Assembly: GCA_964648295.1 (NCBI GenBank) | Contig: CAZYNH010000003.1 | Coordinates: 96,360 to 160,359 of the forward strand | Direction of reading: 5' to 3' | Length of the DNA: 64,000 nt | Source: an uncultured Bacteroidia bacterium | GTDB lineage: Bacteria; UBA4055 | Shown: positions 19,296 through 28,420 of the stretch, one piece after another | Layout of the letters: each line of letters opens with the position of its first letter | Numbering within the stretch: position 1 is the first letter of the stretch | The notes under the pieces: generated by a model | What the model saw: only the letters and a program-made list of their open reading frames with translations | Database searches by the model: none | What the model was told of the DNA's origin: nothing | Made by a program: the position numbers and the translations under genes

Positions 19296-20660
19296 TTATT
19301 TGTAGTTTTTCAGAAGGTATTTCTTAAAATCTGCGTATTCTGTCTTTATCCTGTCGTAGCTCTCCTTTCTGCTCTCGATGCCCTCAAGGCTTTTCGGGAG
19401 GTCAGGATCGAAACCGAGAAGCTTTATTATCTGTTCGGGGAATTTTGCGGGATGCGCGGTCTCCAGTGATATATAGAGCTGTTCTTTGTCATCGCCGTGC
19501 GCATTAATGTACTCGTGCAGACCCGCCCAGCCCACCGCGCCGTGAGGTTCCAGCAGGAGTTCGTGCTCTTTCCATGCGTCTTTTATTGTTTCCCTGGTGA
19601 GCTTATCCGTGACGCTGTAAGCGGAGATCTCCTTTTTCATCAGTTTGTCGTCGGGCTTTTTCTTTATTTCGCCTTTTTCGGTCATCACTCCGCCGTATAA
19701 CGCGAACAGCCTGGCCATATTGCTGGGGTGGCCGACATTCATAGCGCTCGATATACAGTTTTTCGAAGGCACGATTATATTATATTTTCCTGTCTCAATA
19801 TATTTCGGGAATTCGTCGTTCTCGTTGGTCGCTATCACGAACTTTTTGACGGGAAGCCCCATTTTCATGGCTATCACGCCGCCCATCATATCGCCGAAAT
19901 TGCCCGACGGGACTGAGAATACCGCTTTTTCGCCGGCACGGTTCTTCAGTCTGGAATACGCATAGAAATAATAGACAGTCTGAGGTATAAGCCTGCCGAT
20001 ATTTATCGAGTTCGCTGAAGAAAGGTTGAGATGGTCCAAATCCTTATCCGCGAAAGCAGTCTTGACCAGAGCCTGACAGTCGTCGAATTTTCCGTCAAGC
20101 GAGATAATCTGAATATTTTTACCCAGGGTCGTCATCTGTTTTCTCTGCCTGGCCGTTACCTCTTTTTCGGGGAAGAGGACTAAAGCCTTGATATTGTTCA
20201 GCCCGTAGTATGCGCTCGCTATAGCGCTCCCCGTGTCCCCCGAAGTGGCTGTCAGAATAAGAAGTTTCTTTTTATCTTTTGTAAGGTAATAGTTCATCAG
20301 CCTGCCCATCATTCTTGCGGCGAAGTCCTTGAATGAAGCGGTCGGCCCCTGATCGAGCCTCATGACATATTTTCTTTCGTACACGCTTTCGAGAGGCACA
20401 TCGAAATCATAGGCGTCCCTGCACAGCTTTTTCAGATCAGCGGCGGGTATTTCGCCTTTGATGAACTTATGGATCACTTTATAGGCGATCTCCCAGTAGG
20501 GCATTCCGGAAAATCGGTCGATCTCTTCCGGCGTGAACTGAGGGATGCTTACAGGCATATAAAGGCCTTTATCCGGGGCTATTCCTTTCAACAGCGCTTC
20601 TTTAAAAGTAACATGTTCCGCCTTAAGGTTCGTTGAGTAATAGATCAGGGAATTTTTCAT
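19296..20660 (-). CDS. thrC: threonine synthase
   Basis: 454 aa. N-terminal YYSTNLKAEHVTFKEALLKGIAPDKGLYMP. PLP-lysine context TASFKDFAARMM. Gly-rich loop SGNFGDMMGG. Confidence 0.85.
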   Translation of the reverse strand: MKNSLIYYSTNLKAEHVTFKEALLKGIAPDKGLYMPVSIPQFTPEEIDRFSGMPYWEIAYKVIHKFIKGEIPAADLKKLCRDAYDFDVPLESVYERKYVMRLDQGPTASFKDFAARMMGRLMNYYLTKDKKKLLILTATSGDTGSAIASAYYGLNNIKALVLFPEKEVTARQRKQMTTLGKNIQIISLDGKFDDCQALVKTAFADKDLDHLNLSSANSINIGRLIPQTVYYFYAYSRLKNRAGEKAVFSVPSGNFGDMMGGVIAMKMGLPVKKFVIATNENDEFPKYIETGKYNIIVPSKNCISSAMNVGHPSNMARLFALYGGVMTEKGEIKKKPDDKLMKKEISAYSVTDKLTRETIKDAWKEHELLLEPHGAVGWAGLHEYINAHGDDKEQLYISLETAHPAKFPEQIIKLLGFDPDLPKSLEGIESRKESYDRIKTEYADFKKYLLKNYK

Positions 20661-20832
20661 AATCTCCTCAAGTTTATTTTGTATGCAAATCTATGAATTT
20701 AAATGAGGTTCCGCAACTTTTAATGGAGAGTTTTTGTTAATATTGTTCTTGATATTCGGGCTAAATGTTTTTATTTATCTAAACAGGGGAACGCGAAGCT
20801 GATTAATTTATAATAGAAAAAAGGAGGAGTAA

Positions 20833-22074
20833 ATGAAGTACAAGCTGTTATCCGAAAGGGACATGAAAGCGATTGACGCACTGAAGGAATTTCACGGCGG
20901 GGCTAAAAAGATCAGTAGAACGATCGAGGAGATGAAAAAGTTCGAGACGCGAAAAAAGATACTTAAGGAAAAGGGCTTCGGAGATATGATAGCCGATGCC
21001 GAAAAGCTGATCAAAAAATTCCCTAAACTGCCTGATTTTGAAAAAGAGAACAAGATCAAATACAACAATAAATTAGGGATAGCAAGAAGTCAGGTCTCTG
21101 GTTTTCAGGGTGCTTATGTTACTCACAATTTTATGAAAAAGGTCGTAAAGACGGCAAAAACGAATCCTGTGTTCATTCCAGCCGAGATGATAGCTGTCGT
21201 ACCGATGACCGATCATTATGTTTATTCCGGCGATCTGATGGCTACTCTCTGCATGACAGAGAATATCATGGGAGCTCAGAAGTACTGCAGCACCAACCTG
21301 ATCGGAATCCCCCAGCCGGAAAAAAGATTTAAAGAGCTTGAAAAAGTTACGGGCGAAAAATTCGACAGAGCTAAGATAGATAAAGCTAACTCTGCGCTGA
21401 TCCTGAAAAATCAGGGAACCTTTTTCGGGAACTTCGGAGGCATCGAGGTGGCGAACAGCAATCACCTGATCTATCTGGACGGTGTAACAAGGTACGCAAA
21501 AGAGACCGGCGGCGACTTTTACTTAAATCCGAGCTGGAGCACGATAATCGCGGCCTGCTATTACGCAAAAGACATACCGAACCTGACTTTCAAAGTGTCA
21601 ATGCTTCTTTCGACCCAGACTACAATGCAGTTCAGAATGCTACTCAATATAATCAACGAATATATCAGAAAAGACGGCACAACACCGATCTACGAGATCA
21701 ACATCGGCAACGGCGCGGACCCGGACACTTTCATCACCTGCTCAAAAGAGCTTAAAGCCAGCGGAATAAAAGGTATCAGCCTCGCCGCGCACATGAGGAT
21801 AAATCCTGATCTGGGTATGGCCGGATTCGACTGGACAAAAAATGCGTACAAAGTTCTGGAAAGCGGAACGGACATTACCTACAAATATGAAAGTGACGGA
21901 ACCGCGAGAGAGCTTGACACGATGGCGGCGTATTTTGTTTCTGATGAAGAAAGGAATAAGCTTGCGGAAAAGATCGGCGATGTGATCTATTATAAATCTC
22001 TCAAAGCTACGACCGACGGTATGGACTTTATGAAAAAGGGTATTAGAACACAGTTCGGCAAAGGATCCCTATAA
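20833..22074 (+). CDS. conserved hypothetical protein (unrecognised enzyme family), operonic with an aminotransferase
   Basis: 413 aa. Clean ORF with AGGAGG RBS. No motif I can name. 12 nt upstream of the next gene. Confidence 0.6.
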   Translation: MKYKLLSERDMKAIDALKEFHGGAKKISRTIEEMKKFETRKKILKEKGFGDMIADAEKLIKKFPKLPDFEKENKIKYNNKLGIARSQVSGFQGAYVTHNFMKKVVKTAKTNPVFIPAEMIAVVPMTDHYVYSGDLMATLCMTENIMGAQKYCSTNLIGIPQPEKRFKELEKVTGEKFDRAKIDKANSALILKNQGTFFGNFGGIEVANSNHLIYLDGVTRYAKETGGDFYLNPSWSTIIAACYYAKDIPNLTFKVSMLLSTQTTMQFRMLLNIINEYIRKDGTTPIYEINIGNGADPDTFITCSKELKASGIKGISLAAHMRINPDLGMAGFDWTKNAYKVLESGTDITYKYESDGTARELDTMAAYFVSDEERNKLAEKIGDVIYYKSLKATTDGMDFMKKGIRTQFGKGSL

Positions 22075-22086
22075 AAAGAGGTAGGT

Positions 22087-23322
22087 ATGATAAAGAACTG
22101 GAAAGAAAGGTTTTCCGATAACGCGAAGGACTACGAAGGCTACCCGATAGGGAAGACCCTAAAGCTTATCGCGAACAACCCCGATATAATTTCTCTTGCC
22201 GGGGGACTGCCTTCGCCGGATGTTTTTCAGAAACAGGAAGTGAGGCTGGCTTCGATCAAAGCTCTCGACGGAAAAAAGATCGATTCTGTCATGCAGTATT
22301 CTTCCATACCCGGAGAAAAGTCCCTTTTCGAGGCTATCATAAACTATCTGAAGCGGGATAATATAAAGGTTAAAGAAGAGAACATTCTGATAACAACTTC
22401 GGGTCAGCACGGTCTCGATCTTGCGGGAAGGCTGTTTTTAAACCCCGGCGATACGGTCATGCTCGACAGGCCGACATTCGCAGGTTCTATCGTGGCTTTC
22501 GATCTTAACAGGCCGAAATACATCGGATGCGACATTGAAGAGGACGGATCGGATGTGAAAGGTTTTAGGAAAAAACTCGGGGCGCTTAAGAAAAAAGGCG
22601 GTAAAATGCCCAAATTCATATATGTCGTTCCCGATTTCCAGAACCCGACAGGCATATCCATGAGCGTGGCAAAAAGGGAGGCTCTTCTTGAACTCAGCTA
22701 TGAATTCGGCATCCCGGTAATAGAGGACAGCCCGTACAAAGATCTGAGATACTACGGAAAGATACCTCCTTCGATCTTCTCGATCGACCAAAAAAAGTTC
22801 AAAGGCACAAATGTCATCGGCCTCTACACTTTCTCCAAGATATTCTGCCCCGGAATGAGGGTCGGTTTCAACATAGGGCCTGAGGAAGTTATAAAAAAGA
22901 TGTGCAATATTAAGGAAGGAAACATTTTAAACACGCCTAAATACAATCAGGATATCTGCGCCGCTTACCTTGCGGAAATGGATATAGAAAAGCATTTCGA
23001 CAATTGCAGAAAGTACTATAAAGAAAAACTCAAGCTGTTTTTGGGAGCCATGGAAAAGAATTTTCCGAAAGGCTCGGGCGTGAGCTGGACGAAACCCGAA
23101 GGCGGACTTTTCCTGTGGGTAACGGTGCCTGATCACATTGACACGGAAAAGCTCTTTTACGATGCGGTCGAAAAATACAAGGTCGCGTTCGTGCCCGGAT
23201 GGCAGTTCTATGGCGGAAAGCCGGAAAAGAACCACATGAGGCTCAATTTCTCCTATTCGTCAAAAGAGCAGCTCGTAGAAGCAGTTCAAAGGCTCGCCAA
23301 GTGCATAAAAGCTCATAAATAA
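22087..23322 (+). CDS. PLP-dependent aminotransferase, class I/II fold
   Basis: 411 aa. YTFSKIFCPGMRVGF places the PLP lysine in the canonical SK context. NPTG motif (FQNPTGISM). Confidence 0.75.
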   Translation: MIKNWKERFSDNAKDYEGYPIGKTLKLIANNPDIISLAGGLPSPDVFQKQEVRLASIKALDGKKIDSVMQYSSIPGEKSLFEAIINYLKRDNIKVKEENILITTSGQHGLDLAGRLFLNPGDTVMLDRPTFAGSIVAFDLNRPKYIGCDIEEDGSDVKGFRKKLGALKKKGGKMPKFIYVVPDFQNPTGISMSVAKREALLELSYEFGIPVIEDSPYKDLRYYGKIPPSIFSIDQKKFKGTNVIGLYTFSKIFCPGMRVGFNIGPEEVIKKMCNIKEGNILNTPKYNQDICAAYLAEMDIEKHFDNCRKYYKEKLKLFLGAMEKNFPKGSGVSWTKPEGGLFLWVTVPDHIDTEKLFYDAVEKYKVAFVPGWQFYGGKPEKNHMRLNFSYSSKEQLVEAVQRLAKCIKAHK

Positions 23323-23390
23323 ATTTCTCTATCTCTTGCTTTTGCGGTGAATATGTGTTATATTTACCGCAAAAGTTGCGGAGAATAATC

Positions 23391-24485
23391 ATGTATATAT
23401 ATCAGAAAAAGGAATGGCCGGAACTCACCTGGGACTCGGAAGTTATACTTTCACCTTTGAGCATAGTGCGGAATCTTCAGGGTAAAATTATCGGGAAAAT
23501 GGAGTCCTTAGGTTTCGACTTAAGATCGGAAGCTATACTCGGAACTCTGACGCTCGATGTGGTCAAATCAACCGAGATCGAAGGCGAGATCTTAAATTAT
23601 GATCAGGTAAGATCTTCAATTGCGAGAAGGCTCGGACTGGAGATAAATGGCCTCGTAGGGTCGGACAGGAATGTTGACGGCGTAGTTGATATGATGCTCG
23701 ACGCCACTCAAAAATTTAGAGAACCTTTAAGCGAAGACAGGCTGTTCGGATGGCACTCTTCACTTTTCCCTTCGGGCAGAAGCGGAATGTTCAAAATAAC
23801 GACAGGCGGATGGAGAAAAGACGAGAACGGACCAATGCAGGTGGTTTCGGGTGCGATCGGAAAGGAAAAAGTTCATTTTCAGGCCCCTCCGGCATCATCG
23901 TTAAATAAAGAAATGAAGGATTTTATCGAATGGTTCAATTCTGAAAAAAGTACCGATCCGGTAATAAAAGCGGCTATAGCTCATTTAAGGTTCGTTACCC
24001 TTCACCCTTTTGACGACGGGAACGGCAGGATAGCGCGGGCCTTAACCGATATGCTTCTCGCCAGGTCGGATATGAGCAGTCAGAGGTTTTACAGCTTATC
24101 GGCGCAGATAAGGATCCAGAGAAAACAATATTACGACATGCTCGAGCGTTCGCAAAAAGGCGGGACCGATGTCACCGGCTGGCTCAAATGGTTTCTCGAT
24201 TGTCTCCATAACGCGCTCAATTCCACAGGAAAAACGCTGGAAAAAGTGACGGTAAAATCTTCCTTCTGGCAGACCCATTCGCATACGGAGTTCAATTCAA
24301 GGCAGAAACTCATGCTAAATAAACTACTCGACGGCTTTGAAGGCTCCCTAACTACAAAAAAATGGGCTAAAATAACTCACTCTTCCACCGATACAGCCCT
24401 AAGGGACATCAACGATCTCATCGAAAAGAAAATACTCGAAAAGAACCCGGGCGGAAGCCGGAGTACGAGTTATGACCTGCTATAA
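23391..24485 (+). CDS. Fic-family AMPylator, class II (internal inhibitory helix)
   Basis: Fic motif HPFDDGNGRIARAL. Upstream STEIEG fits the [ST]xxxE[GN] inhibitory motif. GGAG RBS before ATG 23391. Confidence 0.8.
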   Translation: MYIYQKKEWPELTWDSEVILSPLSIVRNLQGKIIGKMESLGFDLRSEAILGTLTLDVVKSTEIEGEILNYDQVRSSIARRLGLEINGLVGSDRNVDGVVDMMLDATQKFREPLSEDRLFGWHSSLFPSGRSGMFKITTGGWRKDENGPMQVVSGAIGKEKVHFQAPPASSLNKEMKDFIEWFNSEKSTDPVIKAAIAHLRFVTLHPFDDGNGRIARALTDMLLARSDMSSQRFYSLSAQIRIQRKQYYDMLERSQKGGTDVTGWLKWFLDCLHNALNSTGKTLEKVTVKSSFWQTHSHTEFNSRQKLMLNKLLDGFEGSLTTKKWAKITHSSTDTALRDINDLIEKKILEKNPGGSRSTSYDLL

Positions 24486-24559
24486 AAAATATTTGATTAT
24501 TAGGATTTATTTGAATAAATTGAGCTAAATATTATTGGGTATGGTTATGAGTGGACTAT

Positions 24560-24718
24560 ACCCGATTTTCTGGTCAAAATGCTAAGACCAAATGGAAGAA
24601 GCTAAAACTTGTATTTTCGAATACATTGAAGTAACTTACAACAGAGAAAGACGACACTCAGCTATAGGGTTATATGAGCCCGGTTGAGTTTGAAGAAAAG
24701 GGTGGTAAATGTGCTTAG
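24560..24718 (+). pseudogene. IS3-family transposase (integrase core C-terminus) remnant, frameshifted
   Basis: Translation in two frames gives …EEAKTCIFEYIEVTYNRERRHSAIG then SPVEFEEKGGKCA*. This matches the IS3 OrfB C-terminal signature IFEYIEVFYNRxRxHSALGYxSPxEFE. No upstream transposase body or inverted repeats remain. Confidence 0.55.
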
Positions 24719-24782
24719 CAATGTCTATATAAAATCGGGTACATTCCAGTTTGTCACAGAAATTATTTTGAGTACGGCGCAA

Positions 24783-25217
24783 ATGTAATGGTAGAGATTT
24801 TTGATAACAGGATTGACGTTTCGAGCCCCGGCGGTCTTGTTCCGGGATTGACTGAAAAAGAATTTGGTACGAAAAGCGTTCTGAGAAATCCGAACATATC
24901 CGAACAGGATGCAGGGACAGGTAAAAGAATATGGGCTTAAGCCTATTTCGTTTACTTTCACCACTTTCGTTACAGCAACATTCGAGAGAGGGGTAGAGTC
25001 AGGGGTAGAGTCAGGGGTGCGATCAAAGATACTCGATCTGCTTAAGAATAAAGATCTATCCAAGGCTGAAATCGCTCAGGGATTGGGGAAAGTTAAACCT
25101 TCGAGATATCTTAATGATTTAATAAGATCAATGTTGACAGAAGGAATAATCGAATATACTATACCTGAAAAGCCGAATAGCAGGCTTCAGAAATACAGGA
25201 CAGTCAGAATTATTTAA
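24783..25217 (+). pseudogene. truncated and frameshifted AlbA_2/HATPase_c_4-type (RecG-like C-terminal) putative transcriptional regulator
   Basis: Frame A reads …VEIFDNRIDVSSPGGLVPGLTEKEFGTKSVLRNPNISE…*. Frame B continues …KEYGLKPISFTFTTFVTATFER…ILDLLKNKDLSKAEIAQGLG…KYRTVRII. The N-terminal two-thirds of the family is missing and there is a frameshift near 24905-24935. Confidence 0.5.
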
Positions 25218-25464
25218 TACGGAGATAAAAATGGGATTTTTTTCAGGATTGTTGGGGAATGCGTCAGCTGTGAGCGTGGATATTTATGAAGTGCAGAAAA
25301 TACTTGCCGGTTATGTGTTGGTGTAGGTTGTTTTAATAAAGAATTAAAAAAATTTCTTGCAGGTTCACGATTTGACACGCCTCGGGTGGTATATTGCGTA
25401 AAAATAATGATAGAGGCGGCTATGTCTGAACATGAAATGATAAGAAAATATTATAATGGATCTT

Positions 25465-27480
25465 TTATTTCTTCTCTTTCACAATATCGAAATCTATTGT
25501 CAGAAGTTCCCTGCTCACTCCTTTCAATTTGACCCTGAGTTCCTTGCCCACGAACAGCTCATTCCCCGTTCTGCGGCCCTTAAATATCTTACGCCTGTCG
25601 TCATATTCATACAGGTCGCTTTGCTGATCTCTTGACCTGACCAGACCTTCAACAGGCCACTCGTGCATTCTCACATAAACGCCATAGGGCATGACAGTCA
25701 CGACTACAGCCTCGTATTCTTTGCCTATCTTATCGGTCATGAATTCGATTATCTTAAGGTCCCTTGCCTCGTATTCAGCCTGAATTGCTTTTACCTCCCT
25801 CTCAGATGCAAGCATGCAGAGACCCTGGACATATTTCTTGTTGTCCCTGGCTTTTAAGATCGGAAGTTTTTTCATGTGCTTCTTTATCAGCCTGTGGACC
25901 ATGAGGTCGGGGTATCTTCTTATCGGCGACGTGAAGTGCGTATAAAGATCGAAAGCGAGCCCGTAATGCCCGATGTTGTCGGTCGAATATTTTGCTTTCA
26001 TCATGGTCCTGAGAAATGTGTTCGCCAGAAAGTCCCCGCTTGGAGAATTTTTTATTACAGCCAGTATTTTCTGCATATAAAAATGGTCCGTCGGGTCTTT
26101 TGCCGGTGGGGCTTTGATCCCGTTGGCCTCAAGTTCTTCAAAGAAATCCGTTATCTTTTCAAGCGAAGGCCTGTCGTGTATCCTGTAAACGCCGGGCAGT
26201 TTATCTTCTTTTGAGAAGAGGAAATGCGCCGCGCACCTGTTCGCCGCGAGCATGAAGTCCTCTATTATGTTGTTCGACTCGTGCAGTTCGTACCTGTGGA
26301 TGTCAACTGTCCTTCCGTTCTCGTCAACGACCACTTTTATCTCAGGCAGTTCGAACTCTATTCCTCCTTCTCTGAACCTCTTTGTCCTGAGTATGTCTTT
26401 TAACTCTTTTGACCAGACCGCCTCCTGCCTGAAATTGTCGTATTTCGGGTCAGTTTTTTCGCCGTTTAACGCCGCGTCGAGCAGATTCTGATATTCAAGG
26501 TAATTGAACCGGAAGGCGGAGTTCATGACCGTTTCCTTGAAATGGTATTTGACTATCTCGCCGTCTGCCGATATTCTCATAAAGCATGAGAAGGCGAGCC
26601 TGTCAACGGCGGGATTGAGGCTGCAGAGGTAGTTCGACAGCTTTCTGGGCAGCATTGGTATGACAGAAGAAGGAAGGTAAAGCGAGGTTCCTCTTGAAGC
26701 AGCCTCGGTATCCAGCGCGCCTCCTTCAGGAATATATGACGAAACATCCGCGATATGCACTCCCAGTTCAAAAGACCCGTCGGGATTCTTTGAGATGTTG
26801 ATCGCGTCGTCAAAATCCTTTGCGTCGGCCGGGTCTATCGTGAATATCTTTTCGTGCCTGATATCTGTCCGGTCAGGAAGTTTGTGCGTTATAAATTCCT
26901 GCGTGTATTTTTCAAGTTCGTCCTCTACTTCCTTTGGAAAGCCTTCCCTGAAACCGTGTTTTCTGGCTATAGCGGTCAGCGTCACATGCGGATCTTCCTT
27001 ACTGCCCAGCACTTCTATTATGTGCGCGTTCACCTGATTCCGCCAGTCGTCCACATCAATAACTACCATCGTGCCTTCTTCAAGCTCCTGCCACTTTTTC
27101 TCGACCTTTTTTCTGCTGAGCCTTACTTTGAGCCCGTTGTCGCATATTACGTACATTGAATCGTTAATATGTTTTATCTCGCCGACGAACTCCGTGTTTA
27201 TTCTCTTTAACACCTTAACGACTTTTCCCTCAATATCCCAGAATTTGGGGGCAGGGATCAGAACGAACTCGACCTCGTCCCCGTCGAAGGCGTCATTTGT
27301 GAAGATCCTCGGTATGAAAACATCGCCTTCTATCTCATTCGATATTATTTTCCCGTTGCCGTTCTTTCTTATCTGGATTATGCCTGTGTACGATACTGTG
27401 TCCTTCTTTATTTCGCCCGGCATGTCCGAATCTTTCTTTTTACGGGTTTTAAAGCTGTCGGGATATCTGTTTTTTTTCAT
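25465..27480 (-). CDS. rnr: ribonuclease R
   Basis: 671 aa. RNB catalytic region with HFTSPIRRYPDLMVHR. C-terminal S1 domain and a basic tail. Confidence 0.85.
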   Translation of the reverse strand: MKKNRYPDSFKTRKKKDSDMPGEIKKDTVSYTGIIQIRKNGNGKIISNEIEGDVFIPRIFTNDAFDGDEVEFVLIPAPKFWDIEGKVVKVLKRINTEFVGEIKHINDSMYVICDNGLKVRLSRKKVEKKWQELEEGTMVVIDVDDWRNQVNAHIIEVLGSKEDPHVTLTAIARKHGFREGFPKEVEDELEKYTQEFITHKLPDRTDIRHEKIFTIDPADAKDFDDAINISKNPDGSFELGVHIADVSSYIPEGGALDTEAASRGTSLYLPSSVIPMLPRKLSNYLCSLNPAVDRLAFSCFMRISADGEIVKYHFKETVMNSAFRFNYLEYQNLLDAALNGEKTDPKYDNFRQEAVWSKELKDILRTKRFREGGIEFELPEIKVVVDENGRTVDIHRYELHESNNIIEDFMLAANRCAAHFLFSKEDKLPGVYRIHDRPSLEKITDFFEELEANGIKAPPAKDPTDHFYMQKILAVIKNSPSGDFLANTFLRTMMKAKYSTDNIGHYGLAFDLYTHFTSPIRRYPDLMVHRLIKKHMKKLPILKARDNKKYVQGLCMLASEREVKAIQAEYEARDLKIIEFMTDKIGKEYEAVVVTVMPYGVYVRMHEWPVEGLVRSRDQQSDLYEYDDRRKIFKGRRTGNELFVGKELRVKLKGVSRELLTIDFDIVKEKK

Positions 27481-27501
27481 TTCATCCTCCGGGCCGTTAT
27501 T

Positions 27502-28371
27502 CTAGACCGTCATTTTTTTGTTCAGGAGATCTTCGTCAATAATGATCTCGGCTGATTTTCTCAGTTCCTGAGTATAATTCATTATTTTGTTGTTCACTAT
27601 TGAATTTACCATGCTCTGTCTTAACTGCTCCTTTATCTCTCCGAGTTCGAATTTTCCTCCGGCGCGCCTGTCGGTGACTTTTACGATATGATAGCCGAAC
27701 TGCGTCTGGATAAGGTCGGATATCTGGCCGACTTCCGTTTCAAAGGCGGCTTTTTCAAATTCGGGTACCATTTTGCCTCTGTCAAAAAATCCCAGGTCAC
27801 CGCCGTTCTCTCCGCTCGGGCATCTTGAGTGGAGTTTTGCTTTCTCGGCAAAATCATCTCCGCCCTCGGTCAGCGCTTCGTGGACTTCAAGAGCGGTATC
27901 TTTATCGCTCTCATTAAAAAGAATGTGAGAAGCTCTTACTTCCTCGCCTTTAGTGAATCTTTCCGGGAACTGATTGTAATATTTTTCAAGGTCGCCGTCC
28001 GAGACTTCTGTTTCATCAAAGAACTTCCTCAACACGAAATTTCTCAGCATCAGATTTCTTTTCACCCTTTCTCGCAAACTTGAAAGAGTATCTCCTGTTT
28101 TTGAAATGATTTCCTCGAATTCCTTCTCGGTCTTAAAATTCTTTTTTATAGAATTAACCATTTCATCAATATCTTTTTGTTCTACACCCGTATTCTCATC
28201 CCGGGCCGATTTGAGCATAAGCGCGCCGTCAATCAGAATGTCTTTTACCTCAACTACATCTCTTTTATCAAGAATGTTTTTTTTAAGAACATGCCTTCTT
28301 TCTTCAAGCGCCATGTCGAACTCTTTTTCGGTTATCTCGTACCCGTTCACTTTGATCATTATGTACTCCAT
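27502..28371 (-). CDS. parvulin-type peptidyl-prolyl cis-trans isomerase (PrsA/SurA-like)
   Basis: 289 aa. PpiC signature GGDLGFFDRGKMVPEFEKAAF…FGYHIVKV. Confidence 0.75.
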   Translation of the reverse strand: MEYIMIKVNGYEITEKEFDMALEERRHVLKKNILDKRDVVEVKDILIDGALMLKSARDENTGVEQKDIDEMVNSIKKNFKTEKEFEEIISKTGDTLSSLRERVKRNLMLRNFVLRKFFDETEVSDGDLEKYYNQFPERFTKGEEVRASHILFNESDKDTALEVHEALTEGGDDFAEKAKLHSRCPSGENGGDLGFFDRGKMVPEFEKAAFETEVGQISDLIQTQFGYHIVKVTDRRAGGKFELGEIKEQLRQSMVNSIVNNKIMNYTQELRKSAEIIIDEDLLNKKMTV

Positions 28372-28420
28372 TTAGTTTTACCGGTAAGTATAAGAATTTA
28401 ATGCCGTCATTGCAAGGATG

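Noticed and set aside
24990-25025. The 12-bp repeat considered as a CRISPR-like array
   Set aside because: Only 2-3 directly abutting copies with no spacers, inside a protein-coding frame. No CRISPR array or cas gene is present anywhere in the window.
25370-25400. TTGACA…TATATT-like promoter in the spacer upstream of the rnr stop
   Set aside because: The spacer is only 12-14 nt and there is no downstream gene on that strand. Likely a chance hexamer.
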